The notes under the pieces are model-generated. The model worked only from the letters and a program-made list of their open reading frames with translations, had not been told where the DNA came from and did not search any database. This document shows, piece by piece, positions 22,833 to 33,349 of a DNA stretch of 64,000 bases (the first letter of the stretch is position 1; each line of letters opens with the position of its first letter). Origin of the DNA: Candidatus Latescibacterota bacterium (GTDB lineage Bacteria > Latescibacterota > CBDEFO01); assembly GCA_965248755.1 (NCBI GenBank), contig OZ252149.1, positions 4,064,001-4,128,000 of the forward strand. The letters run 5' to 3'. The position numbers and the translations under genes were made by a program.

Positions 22833-25385
22833 ATGAACCCACCCTTTGCAAATATCATAAATTCCGGAGTAAATATTGGGACTATATTCAGGATGCTTCT
22901 GCCTCTTGGAGTCTTTATTGTCACGGGATTCCTACTCTCTAATCTGTTCCCGCTAATCCGCAGGAAATTTGAGGACCTGTCCGACAGGATCGTTCTGAGC
23001 GTCTATTTCGGCATGGCCTTCTACTCATTCCTTTTCATGCTCTTCAACGGCCTCTTCCACCTTCAAATATCCCTGATAAACATATATGTTGTATTTCTTA
23101 TAGTCCTTTTAGCCTGTGGAGTGTATTACCTTAAAAAGGGCATAGATTTGCGGGGTAATTTCTCCCGCGGTCAGCTTTTGATTCTCCTTTCTCTCTTTGT
23201 GATCTTCCTCTTATCCGTGGAACTCAGACTCACAGATACGCTCAAGCACCCGGATCTTCTCTTGACTACTGATCCTTATAGACACCACCCCAGAGTAAGA
23301 TATATAGTCGAAACTGGCGACATTGCAAGATGGGATCCTTTGATTATGGGAAAAGTCCCTATCTTTGAGATGCAGGGCAGCTACGTACTTACGGCGGTTA
23401 TAGCTTTGATCTCAGGATTTTCTCCGAAAGATGTGGTTAAATTTGGAAGCATCCTTATGGGATGTCTGGCAGTTATATCAGTCTACTTCCTTGGAAAATA
23501 CGCAATCAAGAAGAGCACCCTTTTAGGCGTCACAACAGCAGCGGTCCTCGCCGCCAGTCCGGTACATATAGTAAGGACAAGTATTGGTTTCAGTCAGAGC
23601 TGGTCACTGCCCTACTTTGCCCTGTTGCTGCTCTTTTTCTTGCTCTTCATACAATCGCGCCGGCTTCAGTTCGCCGCGATTCTTGGCATCTTCTACACCG
23701 CTATGGTTATGAGCAACCAGGTTAATGGGGTTTTGTTAGCTCCTCTCTTGGTTCTCTTTACGGTCGGTACAGCCGTTGTGTGTGCCCTGAAAAAGGACCA
23801 AGAATCCAGCCGAAGTATAATACTCGGCTCTTTTGTCGCCCTGACCATTTTCCTTATAATGATCGGCGTATGGGCATGGAGTATCCTCGGATCATCCCTT
23901 GTCAGCGGGTTGTCCGTAGCGAGCCGCGAGGCAACGGATACGATAGCTCGAAAAGACGCCAACTTCCTATTTGAGCTGTCCAGGAACATAGGCCCTCCGG
24001 TCCTCTGGGGAGGAATCCTCGGATTGGTCTTCCTTATTGCAGGGTTTTTCCCAGGTAGTCCGCTTCGGTTAGGACTCACCGACGGACAAGACAAGAAGGG
24101 CGAAAACCGCCTCAAAGTTAGGATGTTCCTGCCGATTTTTGGGAGAGAGTATGTCTTGGTGAAGATATTCTTGGCCGCTTATATTATCTTCTTTTTTGTT
24201 CTGATCCTGGGAACGAGCTACGGACTCCCCACCGTGATAGGGTCTTATTATAGATATTTTCTCCCTCTTTCTTATCCTCTTTGTCTTCTTGCCTCCTTTT
24301 TCCTTATCCTGGCCGCCGATAACGTCATTGCCCCGATTCGGCAGGGAATAGAGACGCTGATCGAAAGACAAAAAGACAAAGTGGAAGAAGTTCTGTTCAG
24401 CGTCACGTTTCAATGGGGAAAAAGCATTAAAAGATACTCTGTAGCTGCAAGAAAACTTATCTATTTGCCCTCCGTTGCCGTCTACTCTGGCCTTATTATC
24501 TTCCTGTTTTCCTTTGTTGCCAACAGCCGGGGGTGGGGCAGATGGGGACTGACGTTTACGTCTTCTGAATACGCAGCCTGCCAATGGATCAAACACAACC
24601 TTCCTAAAAACGCCCTGATAGCTACTAACTGGTTCGCCGCCGATCTTGTCCGAAGCTATACGCACAACGGCACTGTCCTGACCAATCTCAGAAAAAACAT
24701 TGACATGGTCAAGTCAAAAGACAATCTAAAGATTCCCGTTCTGAAAGGTCTGGAGAGCGTACTCGGGTTTTCTAAAAACAAAGATGTGGATCTGTACGTC
24801 CTCAAGGACAAATGGGGCCCCTATTACACGTTTAAAAATAACCCCAACTTCGAACTTATCTTCGAGACTGGAGAAAAAGATGACATCGCCCGGATATTTA
24901 AAGTTTCCAAAGGAGAGGTTATTACCGGTAACTTAGCCCTTTATGGCTTTCCCATCGGGGACTCCGAAACAGGTCGCATCATGAACCTAAACAGGATAAA
25001 CGACGGAGAGACGCTCAACGGGAAATTGGAATTCACAGCTTCTAGCAGGGGAAGAGCCAAAAAGGCTGAATGGGCGTGGTTCGGACTGGAGTTTGAAAAA
25101 TCAAAGATGATCTCCAGGATCGTCGCCTACACAGGGTGTTCAAACGATAAAAGCAAAATAGCCTTCATCCCCGACCAATACGTCCTTCAGTATTTGAGCG
25201 GCAAGAAGTGGAAGGACATTTCAAAAACCAGAGTCAGAAATAATAAAAAGTCCGAAATCTCCCATACGTTCAGACCGGTCTTCACCAAAAAGATCAGACT
25301 GTACGTTTACAGCCAGTGGAACGATTCCGGCAGAAAGAAAGGTGGGTTCTACAGAACATGCTTCAGAGAGCTAAAAGTCTATTAA
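22833..25385 (+). CDS. STT3/AglB-like GT-C membrane protein with a C-terminal discoidin/F5-8-like domain
   Basis: TDPYRHHPRVRYIVETG loop, many TMs, SPVHIVRTSIG, WIKHNLPKNALIATNW; C-terminal WFGLEF...YVLQY...HTFRPVFTKKIRLYV. Confidence 0.65.
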   Translation: MNPPFANIINSGVNIGTIFRMLLPLGVFIVTGFLLSNLFPLIRRKFEDLSDRIVLSVYFGMAFYSFLFMLFNGLFHLQISLINIYVVFLIVLLACGVYYLKKGIDLRGNFSRGQLLILLSLFVIFLLSVELRLTDTLKHPDLLLTTDPYRHHPRVRYIVETGDIARWDPLIMGKVPIFEMQGSYVLTAVIALISGFSPKDVVKFGSILMGCLAVISVYFLGKYAIKKSTLLGVTTAAVLAASPVHIVRTSIGFSQSWSLPYFALLLLFFLLFIQSRRLQFAAILGIFYTAMVMSNQVNGVLLAPLLVLFTVGTAVVCALKKDQESSRSIILGSFVALTIFLIMIGVWAWSILGSSLVSGLSVASREATDTIARKDANFLFELSRNIGPPVLWGGILGLVFLIAGFFPGSPLRLGLTDGQDKKGENRLKVRMFLPIFGREYVLVKIFLAAYIIFFFVLILGTSYGLPTVIGSYYRYFLPLSYPLCLLASFFLILAADNVIAPIRQGIETLIERQKDKVEEVLFSVTFQWGKSIKRYSVAARKLIYLPSVAVYSGLIIFLFSFVANSRGWGRWGLTFTSSEYAACQWIKHNLPKNALIATNWFAADLVRSYTHNGTVLTNLRKNIDMVKSKDNLKIPVLKGLESVLGFSKNKDVDLYVLKDKWGPYYTFKNNPNFELIFETGEKDDIARIFKVSKGEVITGNLALYGFPIGDSETGRIMNLNRINDGETLNGKLEFTASSRGRAKKAEWAWFGLEFEKSKMISRIVAYTGCSNDKSKIAFIPDQYVLQYLSGKKWKDISKTRVRNNKKSEISHTFRPVFTKKIRLYVYSQWNDSGRKKGGFYRTCFRELKVY

Positions 25386-25400
25386 ATATGTAGGCAGTAG

Positions 25401-25442
25401 CCCCTGATCCCCGATAGACGTAATCGGGGATTCAATCGGGGG
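25401..25442. repeat. Nested pair of CCCCGA...TCGGGG palindromes within a GTAGAC-type repeat
   Basis: CCCCTGAT[CCCCGATAGACGTAATCGGGG]ATTCAATCGGGGG, flanked by GTAGGCAGTAG and TAGACGGGGCACC. Confidence 0.85.
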
Positions 25443-25649
25443 TAGACGGGGCACCCCTCGCCTGCAATAGTCCCACCATTTTGCATCTTCATAATCTTGT
25501 CCAGACTGTTTTGACCTGATATTCAATCCCAACATTGCTATAGTAGAAAGGGATTAGTGGGGTCCTATAGTTGAAATCCATACCTATCTGCATCTTCGGC
25601 AGGGACTTTCTACATCGTGCACGCAGCAAATAGACTCAAAACAATTAGA

Positions 25650-25683
25650 AAAGGTCCCTAAAGTATATGCCTCAAGGACCTTT
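25650..25683 (-). terminator. Hairpin, probable terminator downstream of tRNA-Gln
   Basis: AAAGGTCC...GGACCTTT inverted repeat followed by a T run on the - strand. Confidence 0.55.
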
Positions 25684-25692
25684 CGATTGTTT

Positions 25693-25766
25693 TGGCTGCG
25701 CCCCAGGGATTCGAACCCCAATTGACGGATCCAGAGTCCGCTGTCCTGCCATTAGACGAGGGCGCA
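25693..25766 (-). tRNA. tRNA-Gln(CTG)
   Basis: Cloverleaf; anticodon loop CTCTGGA; GGTTCGAATCC; encoded CCA. Confidence 0.95.
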
Positions 25767-25799
25767 GCGCTCAAGTTTCTTCTCTTTTCACTGAGTCAA

Positions 25800-27254
25800 C
25801 TACAGCAACTGCAGACTGCCATCTTTAAGAATAGATGCCGCCCTCGTAAGCCTCCCTATTACAGTCTCTTTTTCAAGGAGCGACATAAGTTCGAATAAAC
25901 CCGGACCGAAGGACATACCGGAAAGGGCAAGCCTTGTGGGATGCATAATCTTTGCGGCGGATACGTTCAATTCCTCGGCTAAAGCCTTTATCGTAGTCTC
26001 AATTGTCTTCTCATTGAACTTATCGAGTCTATCGATACGCTCTGCAAGGATCTCTAATCTGTCCGGGACGTGTGCATCCTTCCAGTACTTCTTGACGCCC
26101 TTGCTCTCGTATTTCTCCGGATCCACAAAGAAGTATCGTCCCAGTTTTACAAAGTCGTTAAGAGTGCGGACCCTTGTCTTGAGCAGGTCAACGACTGAAA
26201 TCAGCCACTCTCTTTTGTTCTGTAAGTCGGTATCATTAATTAATCCATCGGATTTGAAGAGACTTACGACCTCATAGAAGAGCTTGTCTGCGGGAGTATC
26301 GTTTATATACTGACTGTTAAGCCATTCTAATTTAGCTTCGTCAAATACGGCGTCTTTAACGCTGATTCCCTCGATGGAGAAGGCCTCAATAAGTTCGTCC
26401 ATGTCCATCTTCTCCCTGTCATCGCCGGGAGACCAGCCCAAAAGGGATAGAAAGTTGACGATGGCTTCTGGCAGATAGCCCTTCTTTTTATATTCTAAAA
26501 TGGAGGTAGCTGAATGTCTTTTTGAAAGTTTTCTTTTATCGGGAGCCAAGATCAAAGGCAGGTGGACAAATTTGGGTATAGGACATCCCAGGGCCTCAAA
26601 GAGCATAATCTGCTTTGGGGTATTGGATATATGATCCGCCGCTCTCATAACAAGGGAAATTCCCATCTGGGCGTCGTCCACAACGACAGCCAGATTGTAA
26701 AGGGGAGAACCATCGGCTCTAATGATGACAAAATCGCCTATTTGGTCGTTGTCAAATTTGATATGTCCACGGACCAGGTCATCAAAAGCTGTCCTCCCCT
26801 GCGGGACTTTAAATCTTATGACTTTGGGCGCGCCTCGTTCCTCGTACTTTTGAATCTGTTCTGAGGAAAGGTTGCGGCAGGTTCCGTCATATCTCCAGGG
26901 GATCTTATTCTTTTGAGCTTCTTTCCTCTTTTGATCCAAGCATTCAGGCGTGCAGTAGCAGTAGTACGTTTTGCCTTCTTCTAAAAGTCTGTATGCGCAT
27001 TCTCGATGCGCCTCCGCGTTTTGGGACTGAAGAAGGGGCTCTTTATCAAAATCTATGCCGAGCCATGCAAAGCCGTCTAGAATGGTATCGATAGATTCTT
27101 GAGAGGAGCGTTCTTTATCTGTGTCTTCTATTCTTAGAAGCAACTTGCCGCCGTACTTTTTGACGTAGATCCAGTTAAACACAGCCGTTCTGACGTTGCC
27201 TACGTGGAATCCTCCCGTAGGAGACGGCGCGAACCTGAGTATTTCATCCTTCAT
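25800..27254 (-). CDS. gltX: Glutamate--tRNA ligase
   Basis: RFAPSPTG, HVGN, RIEDTD and KLSKR motifs. Confidence 0.97.
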   Translation of the reverse strand: MKDEILRFAPSPTGGFHVGNVRTAVFNWIYVKKYGGKLLLRIEDTDKERSSQESIDTILDGFAWLGIDFDKEPLLQSQNAEAHRECAYRLLEEGKTYYCYCTPECLDQKRKEAQKNKIPWRYDGTCRNLSSEQIQKYEERGAPKVIRFKVPQGRTAFDDLVRGHIKFDNDQIGDFVIIRADGSPLYNLAVVVDDAQMGISLVMRAADHISNTPKQIMLFEALGCPIPKFVHLPLILAPDKRKLSKRHSATSILEYKKKGYLPEAIVNFLSLLGWSPGDDREKMDMDELIEAFSIEGISVKDAVFDEAKLEWLNSQYINDTPADKLFYEVVSLFKSDGLINDTDLQNKREWLISVVDLLKTRVRTLNDFVKLGRYFFVDPEKYESKGVKKYWKDAHVPDRLEILAERIDRLDKFNEKTIETTIKALAEELNVSAAKIMHPTRLALSGMSFGPGLFELMSLLEKETVIGRLTRAASILKDGSLQLL

Positions 27255-27630
27255 CTGATATATTCTCGATTTGGACGGGGTTTTGATCCACGATTGAATC
27301 TATCGGCGACTGCGGTAGTTCCTGCTCCACGTCGATGCGTATTCCGCCAGCCCATTTGGAAATGAGGTTATAGACTATGACGCCTGCAGCCGAAATAGTA
27401 GCCCACAAGATACCCATAAAGGGAGCAAGGAAGAAGGGCACTACCAGAGCCATCCCAGTGGAAATACCCTCGGGTGCAAACTCGTCAGGTATTATGGCGC
27501 TAAAAAAGCCGGAGATGAGTAAGACAAAGGCGATCCAGAAGAAACCGTACAGAAGCCCTATAAAGAGTCCCACAAAAAATGTGATCTTGACGACTGACCA
27601 GACGTCTATGCGGCTAATTTCACAATTCAT
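27244..27630 (-). CDS. Small two-TM membrane protein (DUF3566-like)
   Basis: RIDVWSVVKI...YNLISKWAGGIRI pattern. Confidence 0.7.
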   Translation of the reverse strand: MNCEISRIDVWSVVKITFFVGLFIGLLYGFFWIAFVLLISGFFSAIIPDEFAPEGISTGMALVVPFFLAPFMGILWATISAAGVIVYNLISKWAGGIRIDVEQELPQSPIDSIVDQNPVQIENISDEG

Positions 27631-27648
27631 TGGTCTGTAAGCGTTAAT

Positions 27649-27742
<94 letters not shown>

Positions 27743-27764
27743 AGGAATTGTCATCTTTGAATCT

Positions 27765-27855
27765 TGGCGGCGGGGGTAGGATTCGAACCCACGGGCCTGG
27801 GTTACAGGCCGACGGTTTTCAAGACCGCTCCCTTAAACCGCTCGGGCACCCCGCC
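27765..27855 (-). tRNA. tRNA-Ser(TGA)
   Basis: Anticodon loop CTTGAAA, long variable arm, CCA. Confidence 0.95.
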
Positions 27856-27874
27856 GAATCCAAGTGGGGAACAG

Positions 27875-27898
27875 CCCCCGATTGAATCTAGTCGGGGG
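27875..27898. repeat. CCCCGA...TCGGGG palindrome
   Basis: CCCCCGATTGAATCTAGTCGGGGG splitting ACAG|TAGACAGGG. Confidence 0.88.
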
Positions 27899-27975
27899 TA
27901 GACAGGGCTTCTTCCCTCTATCTATTAATTTAGTGGCAGACTAGGGATTACGTATGTTGCCAATAAGAACTTTAA

Positions 27976-28004
27976 AATATAACAATTATTTGTCGAATAG
28001 TCAA
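27976..28004 (-). promoter_or_regulatory. Putative sigma70 promoter of the tRNA-Ser/gltX/tRNA-Gln unit
   Basis: TTGACT-N17-TATATT. Confidence 0.6.
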
Positions 28005-28258
28005 ATAAAAAGGGTTGCAGCCGGGTAATTTGGAAGCAGGGTTAGAGCAACATTGTTCGCTTGCCGTCGAGATTGACTCTACAATTGGAATCCTCTTTGT
28101 GTAACATCTTACAGTACAATATGATACGAAATAAATAGCTGATTTTACTTGCATTTAATGACTCAGTTTATTACTATTTACCTAGTGTATTACTATCTAT
28201 ATGTAGTTTATTTTGGACACTATATGGACACCAGAAAAAATAAGATGAAGGCTAGATA

Positions 28259-28888
28259 ATGTCAAAACAAACTTGGGGATACAGGAACTGGGTGATGCTC
28301 TCCGCGTATATAGTTGCTGGTATAGGCTTATTAGGAGCCTATCTTGCCTATCGTAATGGATCTGGCCCTAAAGATATTATAGAACTGCTTCTCCTTGATT
28401 TCACATTAATATCGATAATCATCTACTCATATTTGACAGCAAAAATAGCATCACGCATTGATGGGGCAATCCTCTATGGAATTAACCCTGACCCACATCC
28501 GATAGAAGAATTGGATACGGACTTTTATTTACACAACAGGTCCAATATTGTGATCCATGCGTATGTTTGCATGAGTCTGAAAACCTATGGCCAAAATGTT
28601 CCAATAAAGCATAAAGCCTATATAGGAAAAAAAGTATGGACGATTCCTTCTGGCAAGATATACACTGGCCACTTCTCTATGGCAGAGTTGCTTGAAGACC
28701 AAGGAAAGAATGTAGAGGAAATGAAAGCTAAAAGGACTGAAGGAAGCTCTGTAGAACAGTTAGTATTAGATATTGATGTCCGTTACAATAGTGCATTTGG
28801 AGAACATCAAGCAGGCTATCAGAGTTGGCATTTTGATTTTGAAAGAATGAGATGGGTAGCAGATCTAACACAGAAGGAAGAAGACTAG
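28259..28888 (+). CDS. Hypothetical protein, two N-terminal TMs, AT-rich
   Basis: 209-aa ORF, no recognised motif. Confidence 0.65.
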   Translation: MSKQTWGYRNWVMLSAYIVAGIGLLGAYLAYRNGSGPKDIIELLLLDFTLISIIIYSYLTAKIASRIDGAILYGINPDPHPIEELDTDFYLHNRSNIVIHAYVCMSLKTYGQNVPIKHKAYIGKKVWTIPSGKIYTGHFSMAELLEDQGKNVEEMKAKRTEGSSVEQLVLDIDVRYNSAFGEHQAGYQSWHFDFERMRWVADLTQKEED

Positions 28889-28995
28889 AGACACTGTCTC
28901 TTCCTGACTGATTTTGATTAATCTTACAGCATCATAAGTTATCTCGGTGATCATTCACGACTGTTCGCATCAAGACAAAGCACAAACTAGCCCAG

Positions 28996-29586
28996 ATGGA
29001 GGGAAAATTGGTTGACAACGACGAATTTTATTTCGGATTGAAGAGCGACAGATGGATAAGAAAGTTGTCTTTCGAAGCAGCGATGATAGAGCCTTTTGTG
29101 GAAAGTCAAAAGAGGGATGGCGTCATTAGTTACGGTCTTTCCAGCTATGGATATGACATTCGGGTGGCAGATGAATTTAAGATATTCACGAATGTGAATA
29201 GCTCTATTGTCGATCCCAAGAATTTCGATCCCCAATCTTTCGTGGATTTCAAGGGGGATGTGTGTATTATCCCCCCGAATTCGTTCGCTCTTGCAAGGAC
29301 AGTTGAGTATTTCAGGATCCCCAGAAACGTCCTGACTGTGTGCCTTGGGAAATCCACTTACGCAAGGTGCGGTATAATAACAAACGTGACTCCTTTCGAA
29401 CCGGCCTGGGAGGGGCACGCCACCCTGGAGATTTCGAATACGACTCCTCTTCCAGCCAAAATATACGCCAATGAGGGTATAGCCCAAGTGTTGTTCTTTG
29501 AAAGCGGTGAGGAGTGCGAGATATCCTATGCGGATAAGAAGGGCAAATACCAGTCTCAAAAGGCGATTACTCTGCCGAGGATATAA
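28996..29586 (+). CDS. dcd: dCTP deaminase
   Basis: [19 protein letters not shown] and YANEGIAQ motifs; true start may be a few codons downstream. Confidence 0.96.
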   Translation: MEGKLVDNDEFYFGLKSDRWIRKLSFEAAMIEPFVESQKRDGVISYGLSSYGYDIRVADEFKIFTNVNSSIVDPKNFDPQSFVDFKGDVCIIPPNSFALARTVEYFRIPRNVLTVCLGKSTYARCGIITNVTPFEPAWEGHATLEISNTTPLPAKIYANEGIAQVLFFESGEECEISYADKKGKYQSQKAITLPRI

Positions 29587-29669
29587 TCCTTATCTTTTGC
29601 GCGATTGATATGTCTCGTCCTCATCCCTTAAGGCAAGCTCGCTCCTACCTGTAGTGACGGAGGACAGGG

Positions 29670-30074
29670 TCAATGGCCTCTTGCGGCCACTCTTAACCGG
29701 TTAAGGGTTCTCTCCAAAGCGGAATCGGCGCGGGCGATGTCGATTCCTGGATCTTTTACTCTGAGACGCTCCCTTGCCCTTGCCCTTGCGGCCTCTGCGC
29801 GCTCGGCATCTATTTCATCGAAGAATTCCGCCGTCTGGGCAAGGATTGTGACACCAGTTCTGAGAACCTCTGCAAAGCCGCCCGAAATAGCGGCGTATCT
29901 CCTATCTTTTCCAATTTCCCTAAGACTGATCTCACCAGTCCTCAAGGACGAAAGGAGGGGAATATGTCCAGTTAAGATCTCAAAGTCCCCCTCCGTGCCC
30001 GGGGCCCTCAATGCCTCGACATCGCCTGAGAAGAGGATGCGCTCTGGTGTCACTATTTCGAGCTTGAAGGACAT
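29670..30074 (-). CDS. atpC: ATP synthase epsilon subunit
   Basis: LEIVTPER, GHIPLLS and SGGFAEV. Confidence 0.95.
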   Translation of the reverse strand: MSFKLEIVTPERILFSGDVEALRAPGTEGDFEILTGHIPLLSSLRTGEISLREIGKDRRYAAISGGFAEVLRTGVTILAQTAEFFDEIDAERAEAARARARERLRVKDPGIDIARADSALERTLNRLRVAARGH

Positions 30075-30077
30075 AGT

Positions 30078-31625
<1,548 letters not shown>

Positions 31626-31697
31626 TTAGATTTGTTGAGCTTTCTCAAATGTTCTCTTGCTTCTTCTGCTTAACACTAAAACGTTTCACAACACTTT

Positions 31698-32366
31698 TCA
31701 TTCCAGATGGTCTGCGGCGAACCTGCCTATCGACTTTACCATATCTTCATCATCTTCACCATTGAACTCGTCAAAGCGACCGTGATCGGCATTGTTTCGA
31801 ATGTCGGCGAACGCGGTTATTCGCTTCTGAGTAAGCAAATTGTATACCTGTGCCTTAGCCAAATCCATGTTGAGTCTGTCAATCTTTGTCTTTGCGGGGC
31901 ACGGTAGCCCATGTTTTTGGCACAGCTTGCGCAGAGTGTCCTCTAGTACTGCGCCCGCAAGCGAAGCTGCAGGATTGTGGTACCCTTTGCTCAACAAGTA
32001 TTCAGTTTGCTCTAAGAAATCACCCAGTAGCTCGGCCGCAACGAGAGACCGCAAGTCAAAGAGAAAACCGCCTTCGAAGTCACGCAGTGCGGCTTCGACC
32101 ACGCCTAAGCATTCAGGAAAATGGTAGCTGTTGGTGGCGGATTCCTTTGATTCAGCAAGACGCCTCAATTCTTGATAATGGTCGCTGTCCTTGCCGCAGG
32201 CTCGTGCTATAAGGTTCAACGCTTCTGTCCGAAAACGCAGATAATCCTCGTGTTTGGGGAAAGAACTCTTAAACTGGTGGCCATTCCAGCCGAGTGACAA
32301 GAGGATATTACGGCCCTCCTCCACCAATTGTCTGAACTTCTCTAGAATCTTGTCTTCTGTGCTCAA
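31698..32366 (-). CDS. HEPN/DUF4145-like protein inserted in the atp operon
   Basis: AASLAGAVLE.TLRKL and an Rx4H motif (RNNADH). Confidence 0.75.
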   Translation of the reverse strand: MSTEDKILEKFRQLVEEGRNILLSLGWNGHQFKSSFPKHEDYLRFRTEALNLIARACGKDSDHYQELRRLAESKESATNSYHFPECLGVVEAALRDFEGGFLFDLRSLVAAELLGDFLEQTEYLLSKGYHNPAASLAGAVLEDTLRKLCQKHGLPCPAKTKIDRLNMDLAKAQVYNLLTQKRITAFADIRNNADHGRFDEFNGEDDEDMVKSIGRFAADHLE

Positions 32367-32458
32367 GCATTTCTCCTCATGAATGTGCCTAACTCATTCA
32401 TCTCCAACCAAAGTTCGGGAATCTCTCCTCTTGGGCGGATTATCCGAAAAGTCCGATC

Positions 32459-33325
32459 CTACGACAACGCCTCAGCGCCTCCCACGATGTCGGCTAACTC
32501 CATCGTGATGGACGTTTGTCTGACCTTATTCCTGGAGAGCGTGAGTTCATCTATCAGTTCACCGGCGTTCTTGGTGGCGCTCTCCATCGCGGTCATCCTT
32601 GCCGCCTGCTCCGCCGCGTTGGATTCCAGGAGCACCTGCCACATCTGGACGTTGAGATGCAGCGGCAGTAAACTTTCGAGAATTTCGTCTTTGGACGGCT
32701 CGTATAGATAGTCTGTGAAAAGCTCGTCGCCTACAGGTTCTTCGGGAACTATGGGCAGATATTGTTGGGCGACTATGTTCTGCTGTATGACGGATTTGAA
32801 CTCGTTGTAGACGATATCTATTCTGTCGTATTGGGACTCGGAGTAGAGGGGAATTACCTCTTCGACTACAGCCTCTGCGTGTGAAAATTCGAGGTTGTTG
32901 AAGATGTTGACGTGCTCTCCTATGATTTCGTAGTCCCTTCTTGTGAAATAGTCTCTTCCCTTTCTCCCCACGCAGATGAGGCTCACCTTCGCAGCGCCGT
33001 ATTCTTCTATCTGAGTTGCAGCTCGTCTTATCAAATTGCTGTTGAAGCTTCCGCAGAGCCCCCTGTCGGCCGTGACCACGACAAGGCATATCCTTTCGGG
33101 CCTTTCGGGAGGGCGCTCTACCAAAAGAGGATGCTTGGATGTCTCGACTCTGGATATCAGGTGTCTAAGGAGCGTATCTATCTTGCCGGAGTACGGGCGC
33201 GCTGCAAACATCCTCTCCTGCGCCCTTCTCATCCTGGCGGCGGCGACCATCCTCATCGCATTTGTGACCTGCTGGATGTTCTGTACGCTCGTTATGCGTC
33301 TCCTTATGGCGCGAAGGTTGGGCAT
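32459..33325 (-). CDS. atpG: ATP synthase gamma subunit
   Basis: DRGLCGSFN, ARMTAMESAT and RQTSIT. Confidence 0.98.
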   Translation of the reverse strand: MPNLRAIRRRITSVQNIQQVTNAMRMVAAARMRRAQERMFAARPYSGKIDTLLRHLISRVETSKHPLLVERPPERPERICLVVVTADRGLCGSFNSNLIRRAATQIEEYGAAKVSLICVGRKGRDYFTRRDYEIIGEHVNIFNNLEFSHAEAVVEEVIPLYSESQYDRIDIVYNEFKSVIQQNIVAQQYLPIVPEEPVGDELFTDYLYEPSKDEILESLLPLHLNVQMWQVLLESNAAEQAARMTAMESATKNAGELIDELTLSRNKVRQTSITMELADIVGGAEALS

Positions 33326-33349
33326 TTTGACCTCTCCAGAAGATACGGA

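Noticed and set aside
28987..29559. 190-aa - strand ORF and other antisense ORFs over atp/nuo genes
   Set aside because: Shadow frames of well-supported genes
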